Shown: positions 25,819 through 38,275 of the stretch, piece after piece
Layout of the letters: every line of letters begins with the position of its first letter
How positions within the stretch are numbered: position 1 is the first letter of the stretch
Source: Phoronis australis
Lineage: Eukaryota > Animalia > Phoronida
DNA: 64,000 nt
Direction of reading: 5' to 3'
NCBI GenBank assembly: GCA_002633005.1
Contig: NMRA01000102.1
Span: 262,623-326,622 of the forward strand
Translations under genes and position numbers: made by a program
Notes under the pieces: model-generated
Told to the model about the DNA's origin: nothing
Databases searched by the model: none
What the model saw: only the letters and a program-made list of their open reading frames with translations

Positions 25819-27735
25819 TCATCACATTATTTTGTTTCTTATGCCATCTTTAGTTCCAATCAGTACTGTAGTGGGGCGTAGGCGCAGCCAACCACCTTTT
25901 GGCATTTGAACTTAGCTTCTACGCACCGTAAGTTACGTTCAGTGCTCAAGGTTATACGGTGGGCTTTGGGCACCTACTTACCTCTAATTTTACCACTAAA
26001 GCTCTGGTTCCAATGCCCATTTTCTTTATAACCAATAATTTTCCATAATTGATATGGCACTGACATTTTGTCAGCGCTATCAAATTGTCTCAGTTGTTTA
26101 CTAGGTATTACATTAAAGTGACACAACATGGATATTTTCTGGTTCAAAGGATGATTTTGGATGTGGTGTGCTGCTTAATATTTGGAATTATTTGGTGATT
26201 TTTCTACTGACAATACACTCAGTCTTGGTTGTCACTTATGAAATACTGCAGTCTAATATGTTTTACTCAACAAATGACCTGCATCAAAACTAGAGTAAGC
26301 GGACGGAAATATTTTTTAAGAGTAAGATGAAGTTCGGCTCTGAAAGTGCAAGTGCGTGAACAGAAGTCAGCGCACCGCGCAACTTAATTTAAGCTAAACA
26401 AAAATGTGACTCATACTTGTCCAACTTATCCACGTTTTACTGTATTCAGAGACATGTTTTTGTCAATCACACAGTATTGAAATGCAGGACAGACCTGGGT
26501 CAGGTTTACCGTTGTTTGTTCACCAAAAGAGGGAACAAGTTTCCCACGAATGCGCTGCAATAGCCCCTTAAATTGAGTGGACCAGGTATGAATGGTTGCC
26601 GTAATTACGTTTGTAATTCCTAATGATATCCCAGTTATGTCACAAAACCATTGTCTGTCAGCCGCCAGTAAGAGGGCTGGCTTGTAAGCAATTGAGATTT
26701 CATGGGAAAATTAGGTGTCATAAACGTTTTTAAAGTTCTTCCTAGGTTAGAAATTAATGGTTTGAAATTGTGTGCGATCAAAGTGCAATCCAATGAGGTT
26801 TATGGCCACTTCTTTGTAGAAAGGGTCATAAATCTCACTGGATTAAAACTGGGGTTGCAACAGGTTTTGGCATTCAATTGTGTAGGTGTAACTGAAAGGT
26901 TCACTTCAGTGCGCACATGTAATAGGAGTTTGGCACATAATTTCACCAACATCAGAGCCCCCTGGGGGTTTGATTAATCAAAAAGTTTCAATTCCACTTG
27001 ATTAATTCATAAATTAAACATTATAACTTTTGACTTCAGGAGCAGTGAATTGTGCTAGATTATTTTAACGACATCTCATGTCTGTCATTTGCCATTATAT
27101 GACGACATCATTTGTTGTTAATTAAACACTTTGTTCAGCTTAAAAAAGGACGCAACAAATAATGTAGTTGAGATGAGCCATCAGCAGAGTTTCAGGTTGG
27201 GGTCGTTATGTAGACTGTAGACTCGTTCCATTCTGTAAGGACTGGTCTTCTCATTCGGCCACAATGTTGGTAATTTTCAGGGCAAGATACACGCACACCA
27301 TACATGGTAGATTTCATGCTCATAATCAGAGTCATAAACTGGTGTTAAGCTGCGCTCGGCTCATCTAGCCACTCAGAGTGTAATTGGTTTATGGTGTGAT
27401 GGATATAATAATGGAACAACTTGTGCTAGCCGAGGTTCTCACCATTTCTTGTAATTCAACTGGGATGGAAGGCCGCAGGACTTTTTGAAATGTTAGAACA
27501 CAATTTCAAACTGATTTCTAGAAATTGTTGAATTCATGAGTAAAAAAGTGTAAATAAATGTCATAGACACTCCAACACAAATTTTCCATACATATTGTGA
27601 TCTTGGTAAAAACATCCAATAACCAAAGGTCACAAGTTTCTCGTGACGTATGGTTTACATGGTTTTTGTCCATCAACTATAAAATCATGTGGTAAATGAT
27701 CCCAGTATTTCAGAGTTAAAAGTTGTGCTGTGTTG

Positions 27736-27941
27736 TATAATTTGTGTTTGACAGACCAATCAGAAGGATACACTCATATAATTTGTGTTTGACAGACCAA
27801 TCAGAAGGATACACTCATATAATTTGTGTTTGACTGACCAATCAGAAGGATACACTCATATAATTTGTGTTTGACAGACCAATCAGAAGGATATACTCAT
27901 ATAATTTGTGTTTGACAGACCAATCAGAAGGATACACTCAT
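27736..27941. repeat. 41-bp minisatellite, 5 copies
   Basis: tataatttgtgtttgacagaccaatcagaaggatacactca. Confidence 0.95.
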
Positions 27942-28576
27942 CTTCTATTTTCTCATTGTGGCACTTTGGGATCAATCATTGCTGGCACCAGAATGTCTGG
28001 CGTGAACCCAAGGTTGGTCATCATGCTGTGTACTTAAACCTGTCTCGTTATATTCTAGATTCATTTTGTTGACAAGAGAGGGAACCATCTTCGGGTGAAT
28101 CTTATTTATGTGTTTAAACTGCAATTGCTATGGAAACTCATTCACATAAATTGTATTATTGATCATAGGTTACAATAGCTATGTTTGTGTCCTGGAGTTG
28201 CCAGTAGTCTGCCTTTGGAAGCCATAGTGTCAATGATAAGTTCAGGTGCTTGAATCATATAGCTAAAACTGCAACTTCAGAATGCGAGTTCATAAAGTGA
28301 CAATCTGAAAATGACAAGACAGATATTTTCATGTTCCCCATCACCTTTAGGTTTTAATAAGAAGTTCAATCAAATGCTGAATTTTCTAGGTTTGGCAGAA
28401 AATTGAAAAGTTGTGTTCATTCTTTAGTCAAACAGCAAGACTTGTTCAAGTGAAAATGAGGGAGCAATCAACATGTCTACTTGTTGAGTGCCTTCCACAC
28501 TATGAGTTAGTCTAGGATAACCCCTGTAAAGAGTTGTCACCAGGTTTAGTTGTAGTGTTGACATTGTTTGCGCTGG

Positions 28577-29054
28577 GACAACTTGACACACGTGTGACAA
28601 CTTGACACACGTGTGACAACTTGACACACGTGTGACAACTTGACACACGTGTGACAACTTGACAAATGTGTGACAACTTGACACACGAGTGACAACTTGT
28701 CACACGTGTGACAACTTGGCACACGAGTGTCAACTTGGCACACGTGTGACAACTTGACACACGTGTGACAACTTGACACACGTGTGACAACTTGACACAC
28801 GTGTGACAACTTGACACACGTGTGACAACTTGACACACGTGTGACAACTTGACACACGTGTGACAACTTGACACACGTGTGACAACTTGACAAACGTGTG
28901 ACAACTTGACAAACGTGTGACAACTTGACACACGAGTGACAACTTGTCACACGTGTGACAACTTGGCACACGAGTGACAACTTGGCACACGTGTGACAAC
29001 TTGGCACACGTGTGACAACTTGACACGTGTGACAACTTGTACAGGTGACAACTT
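28577..29054. repeat. 19-bp minisatellite, about 25 copies
   Basis: gacaacttgacacacgtgt; explains the repetitive ORFs in all three minus frames. Confidence 0.97.
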
Positions 29055-30925
29055 AAAGTATCCAACCTGATCCGGTAGTGTTGGTGTAAATGTTCAGACA
29101 ATGAGCAAGTAGTTACCAGCTCTTCGCTGGCTCAGTCACGGTTATGCACGTAGTGTTGCCTGATTATTTTGGTGCCTGATTATTTTGGTGCCGTCTTTGC
29201 CATATTGTGTGGTGTACACACCTCATTCAACTGGGACTAGTTACTCCAAGCTAAGTTAATCAAGGGAAGTAGTAATGTTGACACAACTTTGGAAAGACCC
29301 TCCCTCCCTTTTCAGTAGCTTTCAAGTAGGTAATATCCTGTTAAAGATTTTTGATTAACTTGTGATCATTAAATAGAGTTGTTGCCAATTATTTTGTGAT
29401 AATGTAACTCCATCAACACCAAATAGTGAAAAGTTCAGCTGTTAGGTTTTGTAATGAATTGATGTTGTATCCAGTGAAAGGGACATTTCCTTCCCACTAA
29501 ATCTCAATTTAGAAACCACATAGGATTGGCCAACCCTTACTTACAATAATGGACTACTCGGTCTGTTATTGAGTTGGTAGTGACCTCTCAGTTTATTTAT
29601 ATATGGTAGAAATAAACTGCTGTTGTGGAAGGAATATGGATAAAAGTGGTTTGTTAGAGTTAATTGACTTATACCATTATTTTCATGTTTGGTCATCAGT
29701 AGGATGGAAATGTTACCATAGTAAAAGTTTGTTATCAATTATTATTGTTGGTCATAATTCGATAATGGATATCCATGACAAGTGTGTGTATTTATTGTAT
29801 TCTAAACTAGGTTGTTGAAAGTGTCGTGTTATTTAAAAAGTAGGATACAACAAGATTGTATGTGTGTATGTATTTACGCATTGGAATTTGGTCAAGTCCT
29901 CTTGTGGTTCTTTTTTCTATTTGTTTCCAACAAAGTATTCCCAGAACGATTGGACGACAGAGAGCTTGTATAAACTAACTCTTAGTCTCCGTTGTCGCAT
30001 GGTTGTGATGTGCGCTTGTGCTTTATATATCTGTATTCATCACTGTTTGAATTGAGAAGGTAATAATTGTTATCAGAAATGAAATAAACGACTTGTTGTA
30101 GCGAGACCTTTGTTTCAGAACGCATCTCACAGAGGTCGCTGAACGTGGATGAATCGGATGCATCGCCATTCGCAGTTCGGTTCCTCACTATGATGCATTC
30201 GTCTTTTCACAACTAGCTGTATCTCCTTCTTCATATCCGGCTGTCGATTGTCGTATCTCACAACTAGCTGCATCTATTCTTATAATTCATACCCGACAGT
30301 CGATTATCTTATCTCAACTCTCGACCCGCAGCCCACAACCCCATCGAACCACTGGCAGCCTACACATGCTCGACTCGATGTCATGAAAGAACAAGCGCTA
30401 ACTTGCAGAACCAACAAGTCGGACCGTGAGCTCGACTGGCTTTTCCTTGTTTTTTGCAATTAAGAGAGTCGATTCGGCAAGTTTGAAAGCTAGAAACAGA
30501 AAAAAAACGAGACCAAATCGAATCAAAGACTTACCGACGTAATGTCGGTCCGCGGGCAGAGTGTAATCGTCTCGGGTGGTATTTCCGCTTTTTGCAATCC
30601 AGAGAGTCGATTCGGCAAGTTTGGAAGCCAAAAATAGAAAAAAACAACGCAATCAAATCAAAGACCTACCACCGTTACAAATGTCGTTCCCGCCCGGCAA
30701 AGCGTAATCGCCTCGTCTGCTTTTCAGTGGTCGATGGCAGATTCACTAGCTGTTTCGGGGACTCGCTGAGTTCGAGGAACCCACGAATATGTAATTTCTT
30801 CTCAACGTTACATGAATTATATTGTAACAGAGTAGAAAACAGAAAGCACTGATATAATGAAAATGTGAAAATACCGGTACGTCTATTCACGTTAACGTAT
30901 TCTCTCCTTAGGTTTCGTCCAACAT

Positions 30926-31484
30926 TGGCACGATATAGGGTATAGTGAAAACGCGCATTTTAAATTGTGTCGATTATTGAGGGTGAAATCGACACATTTC
31001 GTTTCGCGACCAAAACCCGCGGAAACTTCCTAATCATGCCCGGAGTAACAAAAGTCCGCAAACCTCAGATCTCGGTCCCGTCCGCTCCGCCAACTCAAAG
31101 AGAACGTACCCGTGCGCCCCCTGTCTTCAACTCAGTGCCCAGTACTCGCTGGTTACCCGCGTGCATAGCCCAGCCAGCACGCAGGTATCACGCAGTGGCA
31201 CACGCTTTAGCATTGGTCGATGTAACCTCGGCGGTCATTGGTTAGCTTCACAACAACGTGAAAAAATGGCGGCGGGCTGGGAACTACGATTTTTAGCCTT
31301 GTCATGCAAGTGGCGTCGCAGAAACTATTTCGTTTCTGCAGTGATGTTTAATAGCCGCGTGCTTGAAGCACATACATGTACAATAAACACATATCTGGCC
31401 GATTTAACCGGTGTGTGTTGATTTCACCGTCAAAAACCGACACATTTTAAAATGCACGTTTTCACTTTACCCTATATCGTGCCA
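30926..31484. mobile_element. MITE with about 47-bp TIRs
   Basis: tggcacgatatagggtatagtgaaaacgcgcattttaaattgtgtcg / cgacacattttaaaatgcacgttttcactttaccctatatcgtgcca; the internal segment recurs at about 40503-40742. Confidence 0.8.
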
Positions 31485-32132
31485 TATATCGGTTTCGTAG
31501 ACTAGTAACAGGGCCATTGATAGCCGCTCGTGGAGATATTTCCGTGGCAAGGCCTAACACGCTCACAATTCGCTATAGGCCTACCAGATCATGTTCTCTG
31601 TTTTTAACACCAGACTTGAGCCAGAACAGATTCGCGTGTAGATAAGTATTATGGGAAAGTCGTCATTCAGCGACGTAACATGATTATGAAATAAGTGCAA
31701 ACATACACCATAGATTATAGACTATAGTCTATGGTGATACACCTATTGGTAGTCGTGGGTCGAGGGATTGTGGCAAGCAGTACTAGTACTACACTCCGTG
31801 GTTGTGGGTCGTGGGAATTGCGGGTCGAGGGGGTTTTCCCGTTCAGTGACTTTACCAGACGTAGGGGGTTCTGAGCGTGTGATAACATCTAGCTTTTTTG
31901 TTAACTGCCAAGCACACTCTTTTGTCTGTTATGACAACAAGCAGGCCAGTTATCTACCAGGCTTAATTATTAGCCTACAGAACACAAACTCAAAGTGAAT
32001 TGATGTATTCGGGCCGGGAAGAATAGATTGTCGTGACGGTAACTTCGGTTGCAGTTGGGCGATTTTGGCGATTCAAAAACTAAGCATGATCACCATTTGA
32101 CGAAGATTTCAGAAATGCAATTGTTTAGATAT

Positions 32133-32252
32133 GTTATAACCACAGGCGCTTGGGTTTATCGCAAATGACGTCACTCAATAATATATATAAGAAAACATAT
32201 ATATTATTGAGTGACGTCATTTGCGATAAACCCAAGCGCCTGTGGTTATAAC
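32133..32252. repeat. Perfect inverted repeat, 56-bp arms, 8-nt spacer
   Basis: gttataaccacaggcgcttgggtttatcgcaaatgacgtcactcaataatatatat-aagaaaac-reverse complement. Confidence 0.95.
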
Positions 32253-33582
32253 TTAATTTTTCTTTTTAACGGCACAACCCAGTCGGAGATTAGCGCAATT
32301 ATCGAACATTGAAAAGAGAGCTGGCCCTCCAACCATTAGTAAATGCCAGAATGAAGTTAATCAGTCGTGTAAGATATTGGCTACAGGGGTAAACTTCCCA
32401 ACTTGTTGTTGGGCTATGGAATGGAACGAGTTGGGAGCAACGGGAAAACACCATAATGCGTGGGGTGTGGAGGTCGAGCCTTGAGGGTTTTTTTAGTTCA
32501 GCTTAAATGGGAGAGCATTCAAGCTTTTTTGGGAGAGTGCGAGGAACCGACGAATATGTAATTCCTTCAGCACAGTTTGAAAAAACAAACTGTTAACTAT
32601 AAAGTATCAGTCAACTTTACATGGAGTATATTGTCAACGAGCATACAACAGAAAGCAAAACACGTCATTTTCACGAAAGACGTCCGCGGCTCTAGTCGGC
32701 TGGCCGGCCAGACTGATAATACACGCAAGTCATTTGGCTTACGTAGTAGTAAACGCATAACGCACTCTCTCCTTAAGTTTAGTAGAACAGGGACAATGGT
32801 AAATGCTCGTGGAACTATTCATTCCGTGACAATGATAGCACGCTCCTAATCCGCTATTTTAGGTCATGTTCTCACGCCACTTTCTGCAGGTGTTTTTAAC
32901 CACATGAGACTTGAGCCACAGAGAACAGGTTCGCGTGTAGTTTCGTCGCTGAATGACTTTCACATAAGAGCCTCATGTGAAAGTCATTCAGCGACGTAAT
33001 ATCATGCGCGCACCCAGCCTTTAATATGGGGGGGCTCGAATCTCTCCGCACAAAGTGGACCTTTTGCTAACAAAAAAGCGGGAGGACTAAAAAACGGGGT
33101 ACCACCGACCTTCAGGTATGTGAACTGTGCGTCTGCGCCTTTTCAGTGGACTTTTGTCTCGTTTTCTCCTATACTTTTTATTTCTCCGAGGCGGACCTTT
33201 TTACCCACTTCGCCAAATGGGGGACCCCCCTGGGTGCACGGCGTATGAATATGATTATGAAATGTGTAAATAGCGCAAGTATACATCTATTGCCACAGGT
33301 CGTGGAGGGAGTCGAGGGGGTTGTGGGTCGTGGGCCCGGGGGGGGGGAAGGTCGAGGTGGTTGTGGGTTGTGGGTCGAGGGGTTTTAGAACAATCCCAGT
33401 AGTCGATTGCTTTCATATTACGGAAAAATCTCACCAATTTAGGACACAATACGACAAGTGAAATTTTACTTGATCATTTTCCATGAAACATGAATAGTGC
33501 CAAAGTAAATGATTTTCTATATTCAAGTTTTGTACCATGGGTACCATCAGACAACGTTTTGTACCATGCGGGGTACCATCAG

Positions 33583-33893
33583 CCCATACGAAAATATTCA
33601 ATAGGATTTCCTATAGGATCCAATGGGAAATCCTATAAGATTTTGTATAGGATTCCTATAGGATTCTATAGGATTTCCCGTAGGATTCCAATAGGATAAT
33701 GGGCCAAAATCCAATTGGATTCCTATAGGATCCTATAGCATTCCTATAGGATTTCCCGTAGGATTCCTATAGGATTCCAATAGGATAATGGGCCAAAATC
33801 CAATTGGATTTCTATTGGATCCTATTCATGGATTTCCTATAGGAATTCCTATAGGAATCCAATAGGAAATCCTCTTGGATTTTTTCGTAAGGG
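33583..33893. mobile_element. Non-autonomous element with CCC..GGG ends (EnSpm/CACTA-like), filled with ggattcctata subrepeats
   Basis: ag|cccatacgaaaa ... ttttcgtaaggg|ag, 2-bp TSD; inserted into a short tandem repeat ttttgtaccatgggtaccatcagacaacg. Confidence 0.7.
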
Positions 33894-34800
33894 AGACGTT
33901 TTGTACCATGGGTACCATCAGACAACGTTTTGTACCATGGGTACCATTAGGCATTCACAACAATGTCAGAAGCCCAATGCAAAAGTGATGTTTTTGGCAG
34001 AATTTGGTGAAATTTTACCTTAGCATATTTTATCTGTTATAAAAGATTATGAGAAAGCAACGTCGGCCAATGAGCCCTGAAATCTGGCCTACGTTACAAT
34101 TTTGAATTTTAAAACAGATTTCTGACGCCGCCAGACGGCTCAGCATTTACTCTGCCCCGGCCTCGAGCTATCTTGAGCCACGTCTGGTAACGAAATAAAG
34201 ACAAAGCGTCATTTGGCAATCACATAGGCACTTCATCACTGGTGAATCCATGGCGCGTGCACAGGCTGGTCTGGATTCTGCAATATAACTAGAGAAAGAC
34301 TTCTTCGAGGGATTATACAAGTAGGCTACAGAGATGCATTTTTTCAAATAAATAATTTCAAGTGTAGCCTCAGTGTTTGGATGCCCCAACCCATTAAGCA
34401 CCCGGCCGGCAATTCTCAGTCATGTCAAAATAAGAACAACTTTTGAATTTATACCCCCGGCCTGTAAATATTGATCTCGGCCTTGACTCCCATTAAAACT
34501 GGTTTGCCGGCTTTGGTATTGAAGTCCTTAAGGAATTCCTCAGTTGTACTTTCATGCAACAGAAGTTTCATGGATTGCGTTAGTTCGGCGAGATGGGGTC
34601 ACAGCAACTATAAAGAAAGTCATTTAGGTACAGTAACTCCTCCGTTACTTCAAAACAGAAATAGTGTGTGTGAATGGCTTCTTCAGTAAAATTCAAGGGC
34701 ATTTCCCACGCACCCTTTGTTATATTTTTGGCATGCGTGTTTTTTTTGTCTTTTTTTTGATGGCGACCCGATGATGCGTGTCTGACGGCAACATGACTCA

Positions 34801-34853
34801 ATGGAGCTTGTTTTCGTGACTCCTATCATAGGAGTCACGAAAACAAGCTCCAT
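34801..34853. repeat. Perfect palindrome, 26-bp arms, 1-nt spacer
   Basis: atggagcttgttttcgtgactcctat-c-ataggagtcacgaaaacaagctccat. Confidence 0.95.
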
Positions 34854-36084
34854 AATGAAATCAAATGGTCAACTCTAGGGTCATCGACTCAGATCTTGAA
34901 AAACTTGTGTGTACATACATCGTGATGGGATATATCAAAAATGCTTATTTGAAACTTTTTTGGGCCATTGATGTCGTATGGATTTCGCCAGCTATTGTTT
35001 AAGTTGCAAGATCCAAGCGACGGACGCAAGCACGTCGCATTGTTATCGCTTATGGGACGCTACCAATTGTTTTCCTTTGTTGCGTCATTGTTGGATATAA
35101 TACATTTCGCACGGATCTCCTGTCTTGGGCGCCCATCAGCCGGTTACCGATAAATGCTTACCATTATCTTTATTATAAGAAAGAAAAACAAAGTGAACAA
35201 TAGATACGCCTATCTATCGATGTCTATGCTGCGAGCTTGCGCCCTAGTTTCCCGTGGATAAAGCATCATAAGTATTTTGACCCAAAATAGCTCATTTTTG
35301 GTTCAAAAAAATTCAGTTAGTGAAGTTGTTTTAAAACGGCTTAAAAGAACGGGAAAGAAAAAATATTTATAATGTTTATGTAGACATTGAACCTCTCTAT
35401 CAGAAGACAGTTTTTGAATTTTTAAAGTTTTTGTTAACCTTCAATTCACTACTTGCACGAATTCGCCATTATACTTAAAAATGAGGTGTTGTGTGTAAAC
35501 TACAATGGTTCTGCATGTTTGGAACATGCACGCTTTCACGTTTGCGATGTTAAAACGAGAAATTGTGTCCTAAACAACAATTCACAACAATAATTTTTGC
35601 AGCGCCACCAAAGTGTGCAAGCAGTGAATGGAATGCCAAAATTCGATAAATTTTGCCCAATTTTGTGTCTTTGATTTTAGCTATTTTTGAGGTGCTTCGG
35701 GGGCAAGTTCGCGGTGTGCTGGAGATTTCTAATGATCTTTTTTATCAGTTTGCTGCCTGACTAAGAAAATAATGAAATAAAAAATATGGGCTTTTTGTTA
35801 GTTTTCAAGCAACAGACGATAGAAAAGACATACCATCGCGTATTTTACGCCGAGTGCCTGACTACGGGCAGTATGTAGCTGTATCTCATAAACCTCATTA
35901 AGGGGCTTCATTAATTTTAGCAAATATGTTTCTATGGTGACCAAATCAGTCGACATCAATTTTTAAATACTTTGACTACTCCTGGGTCCATTGCAGCAGT
36001 TTATATAGGTAGATTCTTTGGTTGAAATTTCATGAAATTTGACCAAAACGTTTCCATCGAGGAAACGATGAGACATGCATGTTT

Positions 36085-36261
36085 GAGAACGACGTTTCGA
36101 TATTAATCTAATTCTGTTACAATATTTTGTTTTCTGTCTACTATTGTATCTGAGGACGGTTTTTGATTAATATCGAAACGTCGTTTACATGCTGCACTCT
36201 AGCGTCGATTTCTTTGCTTTCCACTTCTAACTTCTAATTTAGTCAAAAACTAACATTATTT
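36085..36261 (+). mobile_element. Penelope-like retroelement fragment
   Basis: Flanked by direct repeat acatgcatgttt (36073-84, 36262-73); inverted partial copy aacgacgtttcgatattaatc / gattaatatcgaaacgtcgtt; hammerhead core inside. Confidence 0.55.
36145..36189 (+). ncRNA. Putative minimal type I hammerhead ribozyme
   Basis: tgtat-CTGAGGA-cggtttttgattaatatc-GAAA-cg-TC-gtttaca: CUGANGA/GAAA/GUC core, imperfect stem II, short stem I, no full stem III. Confidence 0.55.
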
Positions 36262-37944
36262 ACATGCATGTTTTCTAATGAGTCTAACTTGTACTTCCAC
36301 ACCAGTGACAGTTTTAGTACTTTGGAAACTGTCCGTGCGTCTAACATGTGCCCAACCCCCCCCCCCCTCCCCCACCCCCGTCAGCTGGTGCCCTGGTAGT
36401 ATCTACCTTTTTACCCGATAACCATTACATAAAATATATCAAATCACTTTAATCTGAGTTTTGTCATTTTTAAAGGATGCTACTAGTTTAATCGTGTCCA
36501 CCCAAATCTGATTTTGTTACTTTGTTGTCACACTCCCATGAGAGATAAAAATGACATTCACATCTCTTACTCATAAAAACATTGGACGCACGGGTTTCAA
36601 AATGTCCATTTTAACTAAGGCTTACACCCAGCAAAGTGATAGTACAAATTAACACGCAAACTAAAATGGTCCTAACAGTCTTTTGCCACAGAAAGTAACT
36701 TAGAATGTCCTTTGGAAATTTTCAGCAATACATGGCGACTGAGTACTATAAAAGTTTTCGTCCTTAAACCAGAACTTGACTAGCATGATAAATGATATAA
36801 TAAAGGTATGACGCAGAAGGATTGGAATAAGCTTCACACTTCATAATCCAAACGTAACCCATTTCTGTAAATCACATAAACAAAAATTAAGCTGAGCTGA
36901 ATCTAGAAGATGACCCCTGAGAGTGATTTTTTGAATTTCTTTCGATTTTCTTGTGGAGTGGCTCTTAAGCGGTGCAGCACCATTTTCAAAAATTTGGTTC
37001 TTGTTTTTGGGGCGGACTCCTAATTTGTTTTGGTTCTGTACGGAGACGGTTAGCCTTCCAACTAACAGTGGGGTTCAGATTGCTTCAACCCGGATCGAGT
37101 AGCGTTAAGATTGCTTCAACCCCGCGGATCAAGTTCATCACCGCCTCCACTGACTTGATTTATATGAGTTTGCGGTTTATGATTTCGCCTTCATCCAGTA
37201 AGTGCTGCGTGGGATTTTAACGTTACGAAATTCGGTTGCATGCTACCGACTCAATACTCGGTTCACATGCTAGTTAAAACGTTAGCATTTTCCTCATCAT
37301 TGCTGAGCCCTATCGCTATAGCAGCAGACGCCAACGGTTGCACTAAGGGTCACTATTGCTGACGCTAAAACTGCAGTAGTTTACATCGAGGACTCTTAGT
37401 CCGGGTTTGGTCCACTAGTCCTTTAGCTTCGCACTCTCCGACCCCCAAGTCACATGCTGGGTACGGACAAGCATCCCACTTGCACCTGCACTCATTCAAT
37501 TGGCCATTAGCCCGCGCGCCAACTAAAGGTTTCGTGTTCAGACTCCAACTGATATCTGTAATATTGGCTTCATCAGTCATGAAGTGCAAACTACGCCATG
37601 CAGTCACTCACGTAAACCATTTAGGGGAAAGTTATTGGTTTCGTACCACTTAAGGATGCACCCCTCTGTACGCCACGCTGAACTAGCCACGGAATCGGGA
37701 GCTATCTCATAGCCTTAAGTGGCTTCACACGTATAACCGCACATGTGATTTAGAAGAATAATGATTATGTTTTAGCTGCAAAACACGGTTGTAGAAAATT
37801 CAATAAAAGTACGATTCACATGACCGGTTTTGTAATTCGTACCTGTCAGACATCAGAATCGTACCAGTGGTACTATATACTATTGCCAGGTTTATGTAGG
37901 TTAATCAGAGTCTCCATCGGAATCACAATTATGACTTCAAAAAG

Positions 37945-38275
37945 CTAACATCTAAGGGTTGGAGCCTGTGGTTGTGTGATTGGGGGAGGAGAAAATGAAA
38001 ACACCATTTTCCCGCGCTAACTGAATGGCGTCAAGGTTTTTTGTGTGGGATGCATGTCCGTGGAGTAGAAGACGGACTTTATTTTCAACTGACGCATTCA
38101 CTGATCGGATAAAATGACGAAGCCATTCAATGAAAACTATAGACTCAATCCATCCTGAATTAGTGCAGGCAAAAATTGTACCAGTGGGTGCATCAACTTT
38201 CAAGGAATCACACAGTCTTTTCCACTTGAAGATGAGCATCCGAGGGATGTATTGGCCAATGGCAGAATGACAGTG
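37945..38275 (-). pseudogene. pogo/Tigger-type DDE transposase fragment
   Basis: ..SGWIESIVFIEWLRHF..KVRLLLHGHASH..AIQLARENGVFIFSSPNHTT resembles the DDE_1 LLxDGHxSH / PxHTT motifs; catalytic D replaced by H, frameshifted. Confidence 0.85.

Noticed and set aside
28424-29101. Cys/His-rich repetitive ORFs
   Set aside because: Translations of a 19-bp minisatellite in three frames; no splice or homology support
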